NCBI RefSeq assembly: GCF_002571385.2 | Contig: NW_019218372.1 | Coordinates: 89,728-153,727, forward strand | DNA: 64,000 nucleotides | DNA from: Stylophora pistillata | Lineage: Eukaryota | Direction: 5' to 3' | Shown: piece after piece, positions 39,088 through 51,300 of the stretch | Numbering within the stretch: position 1 is the first letter of the stretch | Layout of the letters: the number at the start of each line of letters is the position of its first letter | The notes under the pieces: model-generated | Database searches by the model: none | What the model was told of the DNA's origin: nothing | What the model saw: the letters and a program-made list of their open reading frames with translations, nothing else | Made by a program: the position numbers and the translations under genes

Positions 39088-41016
39088 ATGATCAAAATCG
39101 ACTCAAAAGATGCTGGTAGTTGTATACAGTGTAATTCTCACCGCCCAAGCAATGAAGACTTCAAATCCGGTATTGCGAAAGAAACACTCGACCAGCCATT
39201 TGATGTCACTCTTGTGGCTGAAGACGTCGAATTCAAGGCTCACAAGCAAATTCTTTCCAAAGCAAGTCCCTTCTTTGAAAAGCTGCTTAACAGCGAAATG
39301 AAAGAGTCTAAGGAAGGAGTGATTCGCTTGGAGATGTTCACTGAGGCTGTTATGAGAAACACGCTGAAGTTTATCTATAGTGGTCAGGTAGAGATCGAAG
39401 CTGAAGAAGCTCGAGAGATGATTGCCATGGCCGACTTTCTGTTTCTTCACGACTTGAAAGCTCTCGCAGAGGGAGTTTTAGCCCCAAAACTAGAGCTGAA
39501 TATCTCAAATTGTCTTTCAAACTATTATTTTTTCGAGAGATATCAGAGTGAGCAACTTTCGTCCATGAGCAAAAAGTTTGTTCTCAAAAATTTTAGCACC
39601 ATCTCCAAAACAGATGCGTTCTTGAATTTGTCGAGCAAAGAAATCGAAATGTGGATTTCAGAAGACGAAATTGATGTAAATGCTGAGAAAGATGTGTTTG
39701 AAATAATTTTAGCTTGGATAAAGCGGGACAGAAGAAGAAGAAATAACTGCTTTGCAGAGCTCTTTTCTCGCGTTCGCCTTGTTTACGTTTCGCGTGACTT
39801 TCTCTGCAACAATATTGTGACTGATGACCTGGTAAAGGACAATGGATGTTTAGGTCTTGTTGAAGAGGCTCTGAAATTGATTGACTCGGAGGACTTCGAC
39901 AATCCATTAATCGCTCGACCAAGAAGGTCCCTTGAGACGTCTGTACTGCTTTGCTATGGGAGCAAAGATGTTGTGTGCTATTTTCCTCAAGAACATAAGT
40001 GGTGCAGAATGGGAGAGATGCCTCCTAAATACATCAGAAATGGCCCTGTTTTCTCTTGTCATGGAAAACTGTATGGGACTGTTCTAGAATCAGTTGCCTC
40101 AAATGAGCAATACTGGAAACATGTATGCTATAATCCATATGGCAACAGCTGGGTGCAACTACCCTCCATAGAGGAAAATAGATATATGCGTCAAATATTT
40201 ATTAAAGATGAAGATGAAATTTATGCCTTGGAAGCAGAACCGTGCACCAATAGAGCCAAGCATTTTGATGATTTTTGTCGATTGCATGCCCGCCGCTTGT
40301 TTTGCGATGAGGAAAAACATATTTTCTCCATCACTAAGTACAAACCAGATTCAAATTCATGGGAATTGATAGGAAAACTGAATCATTTGCATTCTAGAGA
40401 GGACATGTGCATTGTGGCTCATGATGACTTTGTATATTTTATTGGTGGTATAAAATGGCAACAAGGGAACAAATGCACACTTGTGAGTGATGTTGAAAGG
40501 TACCACCTTGGAAAACAGCAATGGGACAAAATTCCAAACACCCAAGTAGTCCGAGATTGGACGTATGGTGCTGCAGTAGGTGGAAAGATCTTCATTGCTG
40601 GTGGAATAAATGCTGGAGAAACCATTCAGCCTTGTGAAGTGTATAATCCAGAAACAAATGAGTGGCAGTTTATTGCAAGTTTTAAATGTCTTGATTTCAG
40701 ACCAAAAGATTTGAGAAATCTTTTGTCTATTGATGGAAATCTGTATGCGTTGCTCCTTGTGAGTGTGGGCAAATCAGGTTGTACGATCAAAGATTTACGC
40801 TTGAAAATTGAAGGTTATGACCCAGAGGAAGATAAATGGAGCTTAAAAACTGAAATAGCCATTTCTGTTTGCAATCACACCTTCATAAATGCATGTTCTG
40901 TAAGGGTTTTCAAAGGTTTCCTTGATAGCCGTCTTTTGGAAAGCTGTGTTCCAGACTTTGTCACCAAATCTACAATGTCATGTGGCTATGACAAAAGGAA
41001 ATGCCTTGTTATGTGA
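39088..41016 (+). CDS. Intronless BTB-BACK-Kelch (KLHL-like) protein
   Basis: DVTLVAEDVEFKAHKQILSKASPFFEKL...EMKES (BTB), FLNLS..D.I.V..E..VFE.IL.W (BACK), VYFIGG / IFIAGG..CEVYNPETNEW (Kelch). Confidence 0.93.
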   Translation: MIKIDSKDAGSCIQCNSHRPSNEDFKSGIAKETLDQPFDVTLVAEDVEFKAHKQILSKASPFFEKLLNSEMKESKEGVIRLEMFTEAVMRNTLKFIYSGQVEIEAEEAREMIAMADFLFLHDLKALAEGVLAPKLELNISNCLSNYYFFERYQSEQLSSMSKKFVLKNFSTISKTDAFLNLSSKEIEMWISEDEIDVNAEKDVFEIILAWIKRDRRRRNNCFAELFSRVRLVYVSRDFLCNNIVTDDLVKDNGCLGLVEEALKLIDSEDFDNPLIARPRRSLETSVLLCYGSKDVVCYFPQEHKWCRMGEMPPKYIRNGPVFSCHGKLYGTVLESVASNEQYWKHVCYNPYGNSWVQLPSIEENRYMRQIFIKDEDEIYALEAEPCTNRAKHFDDFCRLHARRLFCDEEKHIFSITKYKPDSNSWELIGKLNHLHSREDMCIVAHDDFVYFIGGIKWQQGNKCTLVSDVERYHLGKQQWDKIPNTQVVRDWTYGAAVGGKIFIAGGINAGETIQPCEVYNPETNEWQFIASFKCLDFRPKDLRNLLSIDGNLYALLLVSVGKSGCTIKDLRLKIEGYDPEEDKWSLKTEIAISVCNHTFINACSVRVFKGFLDSRLLESCVPDFVTKSTMSCGYDKRKCLVM

Positions 41017-41525
41017 AAAGTCAAGCTTTTTTTTTCAAATTTTTTTCTTATCAACACACTTAACTTTACAGGGAAAGAAAACATGATTGAAATCCTAAAG
41101 TAATATTTTGATGCAGTTTTAAAAATGCCAAAATTAAAAATGAAAGAACTTTGTCTCAGAACTTTGTCTCAGAAGGAAACTTTATTGTAAAAGAGTCAGA
41201 GGATAAATACTCTTGCTATGAGAGTAAATTCTTAATAGAATTTTCTAACTTTTTGGAAATGTTGCAAAACTAATCAAGATACCAATAAAGAGAAATGAGA
41301 AATGGAAAACAAACAATAAACTGATATGTTATTTTCTTTTTTGGGGAGGGGATTGCCAAAATGTGAAGGAAAACTAAAGCCAGATCATGTTAGCCATGTT
41401 TTGTTTTTGTGACCATTCCTTTGTACCCATGGTGTAAGAGCTTATCATTTTTTTCATTGCATTTATATTTCTATCTTAGGGTTTGGCTCAAGTATCTCAC
41501 CAGCATTTGCACCCATGTACCCCTC

Positions 41526-41688
41526 AGGGCTGTGGTCTAGCAGCGCCCAGTGGCCCCTGACGCCTTACTTTTGCTCTTGGGCGACTCAGGAATCTTAGTT
41601 TTTTTCATATATAGCATATCCAGGGCACCCTGGATTTCACAGTTTCAGAGCACTGGGCACCCTTCAATTTTTCTTAGAGCACAGCCTT
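41526..41688. mobile_element. Short hAT-like MITE
   Basis: cagggctgtggtctag ... tagagcacagcctt imperfect TIRs. Confidence 0.5.
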
Positions 41689-42365
41689 ACCCTGGACTGT
41701 CCTTGTCATGCCTTTGGTTGTGCATTCTAATCCTGTTGGATGCATGCACTGTTTACAATGTATTTGCATGCAAATGATGAGCAAGCCATAGCACAAATTT
41801 TGAGTTTTAGGAGTTAAAAAAAAAAATAATAAGTACAAAAGACAAAATGAGACATTGTTTGCTTATGAATGGGATATCAATTAAGGTGTAGTGAATTTGG
41901 TTTGCTTTTAGGTAGGCACATGAAAATGCTATCTTTACAAAACTTCAAAATTTGCTATAAAAAGATATTACTGAAAAACAAAACTGATCCTTTGATATAC
42001 TTCTCTGCTGTTTTGCCTGCCTTGTCACGTCATTAGGCACTTGGGTATTTGATTTTTTGAAGATGCTTCAGCCAAGGGCGGGCAGGAACCTGATTAGCCA
42101 TGGCAGAATGCACTCTTATTCCATCATTCCTGAGCTCGCCCCCACCCTACCCCCACCCTACCCTCACCTACCCCCACCGGTTAGCGTTTTGTGCAGCCCT
42201 GAATTTTCGTCATCTGCTAAAGACTGGGAACGAAGGACCAAGGCAAACGTGGCCTCCACTATTATCTCCTAATTTTTAAAGTGACGCTAGATATAGTCCA
42301 AAGATTACATTCGTGGATCTCAGAAGTGGTGTAAAAAGACTCGAAAAGAAAAAGACTGGGATGAA

Positions 42366-45300
42366 ATGGAAAGGGCTCAGGAGATGTCATTTGTCTGGCC
42401 ACATCATTCTGTTGATATAGCTGAACGAGTGCTGGCGAGCGAACAATCTTGCGTTGTTTGTGTCTCAAGGGACAAGTCTAAAACATTCATTGCATTCAAT
42501 GTGTGTCAAGAGTTTTGGAGAAGAAACGTGAAATGTGGCAAAATGATTCTGTTGGTGGATGATGAGAAAGGTGAGGTTGAATTGTCTGAGCAAATGGGCA
42601 CTGCAGCCTACTTTTCAACCAGGACTTGATTATTCTTAATCAGTTAACGGTTTTTTTTTTTGTACTGCCGTAGAAAAATAGAAATTGTTTCATAATCATT
42701 GATAGTTTAACTCAGGTAACTTATCACTAGTCACAACTTACTGGCCTTACATTTGTTATATGTTTAGCTCCGATAATTTGGTATTAAATCGTACAATATT
42801 GCCAGACTGATGTTTTTCTAGCGTATCACTTTTGTGTTTGAAAATCTATTGGTATTGTATGGTAAAGAGAAGTACATTTTGCATCATATTTGGGGTGCTA
42901 CATGTATTATGGTTACTTGTGCTGAACTTTTATTCACATGGGCAGAAATCAGACTCAAAAGTCAAACTGATCACCAAATCATCATTAAACCCATCTAAAT
43001 AGAAGTGAAAAAAAGGTAATCTTGCTAAGTACACTACCCTGTTTGTTTGGCATACTGCATGAAGAGGTTATTACATGTAGGTCTTCATATTGATCTTCTC
43101 TATTATCTCACCAGCCACCATTGTGGAGCCTTTCCTAACAGGAATATCAAACCAAAGTCTCCTGTCTGTAAAAGCATTTTTCAAGAAACCAGGTGTTGAA
43201 GATGAGTGGAACTGCAGTTTCTCCATGTGCGACATAATAGTAACAACAGGAGAGGCTTTTGCACAGAGGTTGATCGCTAGAACAATGGAATTGTCATTAT
43301 GCAGTTTAATTATTTTTGACCAATGTCACCTTGTCTTAAATCAGGAGCATCATTTTGCTATTATACTTCAGAAAATGAAAGAGAGTAATCTTGAATCTAG
43401 ACCACACATTATGGGCCTTTCATCACAAATTCTTTGTCATCAAGATTGTTCAGAAGATATGGAAATCTTTTTAACCTCACTGGAGCAGATTTTTAATTGC
43501 AGAACACTAATTTCTAGTGATCTTCTGGCTTTGAACCAATATGGAGAATACACTGAAATGGAAATTGGTTGTTTTATTTGTAGTCATGTTCAGGATCCAC
43601 ATATTTTCAATCTAAGCAAAATTTTTGAAAGAGCTTTATTCTTTCTAAAAGATTACAGAATGAATCAGGTGACTGAGACCTGTGTAATATTTGCAAGACA
43701 TATTTTGACTGAGGGCCACAGGGTTCTTTTATTGTTGGGATCGTGGTGTACCTGGTACATGGCAAAAATAACTGTTAGGGAGATTGACAAGCTGGAGAAG
43801 AAGTCTGTGGACTGTGAAATTGTGCTTATTTTGCAATTCTGTAGAACGCAGATTAGGTTAGTCATAAGTATTTTAGAACAAGAAAAGTTGGAAGTTTCCG
43901 TGAATGACTTAACTGATCTTGGATCAATACTTCTTTCTCGCACATCAATGCATCTAAAACCTGAACATCAGGAAGTAAATAACTCAGTGCCAACCTTAGG
44001 TACTAATCAGGGGTTATATGAAGAACCTCTCCAATCCTGTGAATCATGTCTCATAGACAAGGTTTCATCAAGTGAAAGTCAAGACATTCTTCAAGGCCCA
44101 AACACTCAGTCTTTGAACTTGCAAACATCCTATGGCACTAAGAATCAGTGCAATGACCCTCTGTGTGTCATTCTTGTTCCAAGCACAATCATTGCTAAGG
44201 CACTGAATTCTCTTCTTAACAAACTTTCTAATGCTGTAGTAAAGTACAGTTTCCTTAAGAGTGCATGCATTCATGGTAATAAAGCAAAAGAAGAAATGAA
44301 AGAGTCTAGCTTTTCTGATGAAGTAGACGAAAATGTAATGGTGTGTGTTCAAGATGGCTCTTTTAATGTTCTGATTGCAACATTTGAAATTGAACAAGAA
44401 CTGTATGCCAAGAGATGTAGTCTGTTGATTCGTTTGGGTATGCCGAACACTTACGAGAATTATTACAGTGTAAAGAGCAAACTTAAGTCCGCTGGAGGCA
44501 GTCTTGTAGTTCTTGTGAGAGAAGAAGAACTGGCTGAGACAGAAGCAAAATACCAGGTACTGTCCAGTATTCAAGTGGTTCAGTTGAATTGTTAAACCTG
44601 GAAAGAATTGTTCTAAACCTGAACTTACACCCTTGCAAAAATTTTCCTGTTGGCTCAAGTTGTCTTGAATGGTGCCAGACACTTAAAAGTGTGACGGCAG
44701 CCTTAACTTACAATTAAAACATTGAAATTTTATTAATTTCCAAGTATAGTATTTGTTCTCATATGCACAATATTTTGGTGATTTTTATTATGGTTAATAT
44801 GTTAAGATTGGGAATAAAACTGGCATGACAGGATGGAAAATGCATGCACTGTAAGTACCTCCTGTTGTCCCACACTAAGCCTTAGAAAAGTTTTCTAAGG
44901 CTTTGTATGGGACAACAGGAGGTACTTACAGTGCACGCGTTTTCCGTCCTGTCATGTTAAAAGTACTTGATTTAGTAAGTATGGCGAGTAATCATATTTA
45001 ACAGAAACTAGCAAGGTCCTAACTAGAGGGGGTCCTGGGGTGCCTGTGATCCCCCGTTGTAACCCTTTTTTAGGTAAAACACTGCATGGAGGTCAGTGTG
45101 ACCCCCCTTTGAAATATTCTGACTACACCCCTGACCAGTAATGTCATTATTGCTTGCAGATTTTTCAGAGGATTGAGAAACTGTTATGGGAGAGGTGTCC
45201 AAATAGCCGGCCTCCTGGCCATGAGACAAGGAAACTGTTTCAAGAAAGCCAGGCAGATGTCTATCAACCCTTAGGCGAAGGAGGTGCTAAGGTTGAGCTT

Positions 45301-48300
45301 CTCTCCAGTATTGCTCTTGTTAACAGGTGGGAAATGCAGTGTTTAATTTAGTCAAATGAGAAATAACACAAAATTAAGTGTACTAGACCTAACCTTGGTA
45401 GGCTCAGGGGCTACTATGGTCACCAGAGTAGGCTCCCATACAATACTACAACTTTGCAACAACTGGCATCCTTGACTTCTTGAGCAATTTGGTAATGGTC
45501 ATTCCACTGCAGTCCTGAGGGCTTTTGTGACAGTAGTAGTCATTGAGATAGAATAAATATATGAAAATCATATATTTTGAACTGCGGTATTTGATACGTA
45601 TGATGGACGATCCTCGCAGTAGATAGCGCTATCTACTGCGAGGATCGTCCATCATAAGTAGTAGTCATTTTCAAGCAATCCCCTTTCAACCAACAGCAGT
45701 TGATATTCAAACACGTGATAAAAATTCTATAGTTAAATATTGAATTTTTCATCAGCTTATAATTTTTTCTGTACACTCCCGGCCATACACATAATATCTT
45801 ATTTCTCTTACAATTTTAGATAGAGGGCAACAAGTTAGTTATTCTAACTATTCAGCCCCACCCTCTTTAGATAAAGTGTATTACTCTAAACCCTCCCTGT
45901 TTTTTTGTCCTCCATTGATTCAACCAGCATTAACAGTTGCTTGAAATGGGGGTGGTTTCTTATATGGGGGCTGGCTGGACAAAAAAAGAAACCTCTAGGT
46001 ACTTCAGGCACCCACCCTCCATTTCAGTGCAGCAGTGACTACTTGCTCAAGTCCATGATACATGTTTCTAGATTTTCTCTTTTTCCTATGCTTGTGAAAA
46101 TTGTTCTGTGAAAAGAATGTATTATTTTACGGATTTAATCTCATTCAGCTATGAAAAAGTAACTATTATATATCCTCTGTACTATTCACCAGCTATTGTG
46201 GCAAGTTCCCCAGCAGTGGAGTGGGTTATCCAGTACCTGTGTGTAGAATGCAAGAAGTATGGTCTAACAAGGAAGTACAGTTTGTCGCTACACTGTTCCT
46301 TCCCCGGAACTCTCCTGTTTACCAACCCATAAAGGTATTAAAAACTCAGTAATTAGGTACCCAGAGTGGGGAGAATCATATATTATCTGATGACTTGTGT
46401 CAATTAATGTTCACTAAATTGTTCATGAGCTTCTCTGTGCCTATCATATATTTTATAAAAGCAGTAATTAAAAAAGACAAGTGTGTACTAGAGCCTGGTC
46501 TTGTGGCTAGCATACAAACATAAACCCTTTGACCCTAACAGTGACCAGCATCTAATTTCTCCTTAAATTATCATCCCTGAATCACACATTAAGGTCAGGA
46601 GAATAAAGGAAATGATCACCAACTAAACAAGCTCTTGATTGTTAAACAAATTCACCTTGTCAGCACCTTAGACAATGTATATAGAACAGTATGGAGAAAA
46701 TGCATGCTGATGTTGTGGTGTTGAGGGTTATGTGGATTCTTGTTCGAAGATTGATTCCCTAGCTTAGTTTACACACATTTTGTCATCCAGGGCAGTGTAA
46801 CACTGAAGACAACTGACATTAATGAGGATACAATGAGAAAAGCCAAAGTCAAGTCTGAAATGTTGGCTGCTCTGGAGGCTTGTCGACTGTTGCACAAAAG
46901 AGAAGAACTAACTGACGATCTTCAACCTTTATTCAGGTAAACTTGACTAGTTTAATACTGCTACATCATAGGGTGGCGTTTCAGTAACCTGTATTGAAAC
47001 CCTAATTAGAGTATTTACAACAGCTAATTTACACGTATGATGCATGATCCTCGCAGTAGAGAGCGCTATTTATGCAATAGCGAAAATTAGACCTGAAAAA
47101 AATCAGGCCTGTACGGGATTCGAACCACTGACCTCTGCGATACTAGTGCAGCGCTCTACCAATTGAGCTAATAAGCCAACTGGGAGCGGGCCGTTAAGTT
47201 GATTCGTAAGAAACCCGTGATGATAAATCAGATATGATGAATATATGAAGTTCATATATTTTGAACTGCGGTTATAGGTACGTATGATGCATGATCCTAA
47301 TTAACATAGCATTTCTATCTTATCGCCCTTTTCCACCACCCCCATATTTCTTCTTTTAATGAAGATGATGCATTCCCTATTGTTTACAATCCTTCGTAGG
47401 TGGCACGCTTATAATCTCACGGTTCAACATGAACCGTGTGACTGTGAAGTTGCCGATGGTGGGGTTGGAGTAGACGGAACAGTTACGAGAAACCGAGCTT
47501 ACAAGAGAAAGGTATCAACATAGTTTCCATTCCTCGCTTTACCTACCCTCCATGTATCTTTGAAATTGAAGTCGAGTCAAACGACTTTTTAACTCATGGT
47601 TAATCTTTCATGAATTGCAAGATTATGCGTATAAATAATTATACATACCAACACTAAGGTAACCTTAGGTTAATACAACGTTAAAATTATTTCTGCCCTT
47701 ACTAAACGTTATTTCTGCCCTTGCTAAAAACATAGAATAAGATAAATAAAATAACCTGGTTTACAAGGATGCCGTGCTTCAGATAATTAGGATAAAATAT
47801 GTGGCTGAAAAATAATTGGCACTCGTTTCGTCGAGATCAGAGACAAGGACAATCCTGAAAGGTTTTCCAAAGAAGAGAAAAGAATGCCATTCGTCTCCCA
47901 CACCATTTACATAGTAAGCTTGTCAATCAGGTTAATTTTTGGTGTTTATCTTGAATACGAATTATATAACTTATAACCAGGCTACGTGCTATTGATTGTA
48001 TGTGATGGCTCTTCTTTAAAAATTCCTCAGGACTGTAACGCATTAGAGGTTTGTAATGGCTCTTTCTGATTTCCTGTGCAGTTCCCTACCCTGCTAGAAA
48101 ACAATTTCCCCGTTTGTGGTGAACCATGCTATGTCTACTCGCTCACCATGGAGTTGACCAAACCGTGGAACTTTGAACGTGCTCTCAGGTCAAGAAGTAA
48201 AGCAAAGGCGACCTCAGATTCTTACAGTATTGGGGTTCTATCCAGGAAACCATTACCCAAGGTTAGAAGAACATACTTGGCGTGAGTTAGGAAGATGACA

Positions 48301-51300
48301 GGGAGGGGGTAAATAATTTAAAGTGAAGGTGGTACAGCTGGAAAATTACAATGTTATAAAACCGCCAAAAAAGGAACCTCTGACTCAATTTTCTTTTCGC
48401 GGTGTAGGACTTTAATAAACCGGGTTTGTCCTCTGACTAATTTCGTTTCAAACCTGTTGAACATTCCCAATTCTCAGGAAATATGAAATGAGCCCTCATA
48501 TATGATATTAAAAGAAAAAGAATTACTTTTCTTAGATTCAACTGACGGACCAATTTTCGCTAAAGATGTGTTCGCCAGAAGCCCCTGATTTGATGGCTAT
48601 AGGTAAATGCACTTCAAATTTTAGTTTAGTTTGAATCCCTCACCGTCAAGCTGTAATTAAAGTGACGATTTATTTTCAATTCTTTTACAGTTGCCTCGTA
48701 TTGCAATATTTGACAGAGCAGGGGAAGTAACTGTGACTGTCACTGAGTGCTGTCCACAATCTATTTTCCTGACCGCTGACCAGCTTTCACTCCTGCAGAG
48801 ATTCACCGAGTATGTCTTCAAGGAGATCGCAAGACCGAAAAAGGAATCTTCAGCTACGTTCTTATCGTTTGACCCAACCATTGCCTTTTCTGGTTATTAC
48901 ATCTTATTTCTAAAGGATGCCTCCAGTAGCCGCTCTCTCGCAGGACTTTCTTCAAACAATCACAAGGAAGTTGCGTTTGATTTCATGTTCTCCTTAGAGG
49001 ACAAACTAGGCTGCTTTAAAAATCCTGTCTATTCCGGGCCACCTGACATCACCGACGCTGAGATTTTCAGAGATACAGTTGTAACGGCCACATACAACGA
49101 GAAACGAAGCCATTACTATGTGGCTGACATATGCTACGATCTCAGCCCATCAGACCCATTTCCAAATATTGAAGTAGCTGGTACATTTGCAGAGTACGTT
49201 AAAATTCGTTACGATGTGGAGGTATCCCTGGACCAACCCATGCTAGATGTGGATCACACATCATCCCGACTGAACTTCCTGTTACCGAATTATGAGAACT
49301 TCAAAGGACAACACCCGCGTATACCAGAGAAGAATTCCAAGCGGTCAAGGAAGTCGAAGGTGTACCTGATTCCTGAGCTGTGTTCCATTCATCCGGTGCC
49401 AGGACACCTCTGGCGGCAGCTATCTAATCTGCCAGCTGTGCTGTATCGTATCGAATCGCTTCTGGTTGCCGAGGAGCTAAGATGCTGGGTTGTTAGGGAT
49501 CTTGGTATAGGAGTTGTGGATTGGCCAAAGGATGTTCCACTGCCACCGGTGACAGTTGGAGAGACGATGGGTGAGGAAATTCTGCCTGCAATAGGGTCCT
49601 CTGCAGTAGAGTCAAACGGCAAAAGGTCCTCCCAGGTGGCCTTGGTCAACCTGACCTCTCCTTTCTCCGCACAGCTACCGGAAGTGTTTATGGATCTCAA
49701 GATCTCCAATCAAGTAGAACTGACTGAGAAATCTGCTGCCAAAAGCCTTGCCGGGGGGCTCTCTAATGGCGCCAGAGAGAGCTGTTTGTCAATGAGCTCT
49801 GAGACCTTTCTTGTTGAACATTCTTGCGCTGAAACGGAGTGCAAACCACTCTTTCGTCCAGCACCTCATCAAGGTCTCCTGATCCCCAGTAAAGAAAAAG
49901 AAGATTTTTGGCCAAATAAGTTGTCTGACTTAAATGTACCCCTTCCAACAGAGCGTAGAGCATTTGATTGCGATTCAATACCAGCAAATGACAAAGAAAG
50001 CGAGGTGTCTGCTGTCTCAATTTGGACCGACCCGGTTCTTTCGAACCTGTACCGAACCTGTGGCCCGCCGTCATCGTTGATTTTACGTGCTCTAACAACA
50101 ACCTTGGCTGGAGATGTATTTTCTCTCGAGCGTCTTGAAGTTCTTGGCGATTCATTTGTGAAGTATGCCATTTCTTCTTCTGTTTTCTTCAAACACAGGT
50201 ACGAGAACGAAGGGGTTCTATCGTTCCTCCGGGGTATTAAAGTAAGGAACCGGCAACTGTTTTATCTGGCAAGGCAACGTGGTCTCCCGTCCTACATGTT
50301 CACCCGAGTGTTCAACCCTTTGGTAAATTGGCTGCCGCCTGGATTCTATCTTGACAACGACAGCAACGCTGAAAACTCGGGTTACGATCATCATAGCGTG
50401 ATTTCTGACACATTTCTTGATGAAGTTGATGACGAGGAAGATGATGATAGTATTTTCGCGGAGACGGAAAGTTCAGGTTACAACTCTGATTGTCGGCAAG
50501 GCGAATCTCCTGATGTCCAACTGAACTCTTACCTTCATGTCTGTTGTTCTGATAAATCCATTGCTGATTGCACCGAAGCCCTTATGGGGGCATTTCTTTT
50601 GTGTTTTGGATAGGATGGAGCTTTCAAGTTTCTGGAATGGTTGGGTATGGAAATAGAGAGAGACGAGAAAGATGAAAACTTAGTGCACAAACCATCTTCT
50701 GATGATTCCGCTGGCGATGCAGTTCCAAAACCAGCCTCAACCATGTGTCATCACTATACGTCCCATGTACCTCAGCAAGCTTCTGAAACATTGCAAGAAA
50801 ACTTGTCCTTGTTAGACGACGAAACTGTTCCTAGTGCATCAATCGGTAGGCTCTCTTCAGAACATGAGTCGACAGCTGACGAGTTCAAGGATGTGGAGGA
50901 AGCTCTACACTACCTCTTCCATGACAAATCTCTGTTAGTGCAAGCCTTCACCCATAGTTCCTTACCTGGGGACTATAACTCAGTTAGAAACAGCTATGAA
51001 CAACTGGAGTTCTTGGGAGATGCATTGTTGGATTTCCTAGTGACGCGTTATTTGTACGTAAATCACAGACACATGTCCCCAGGCGAGCTGACTGATCTGC
51101 GAACTGCTTTGGTAAACAACTACAGTTTTGCTGTTCTGGCTGTGAAATTGGGATTTCCTAGACATTTGAGGTCCTGCTCTCCACAGCTGTTCGGCATGGT
51201 GAACAAGTTTATGGTGAAGCTGAAAGAGAAAGAGAGGAAGCATGCAAGAACGCATAGGAAGAATGACGAGGTGAGATGAAGTCGTCTGACCAAAGCCCTT

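Noticed and set aside
44068-44682. 204-aa minus-strand ORF and other antisense ORFs over Dicer, KLHL, CBX and GPCR exons
   Set aside because: Shadows of real coding exons with no recognisable motifs
50641-51279. Separate RNase III gene
   Set aside because: Same frame as 48691-50613 and continues the conserved Dicer sequence directly after the TAG
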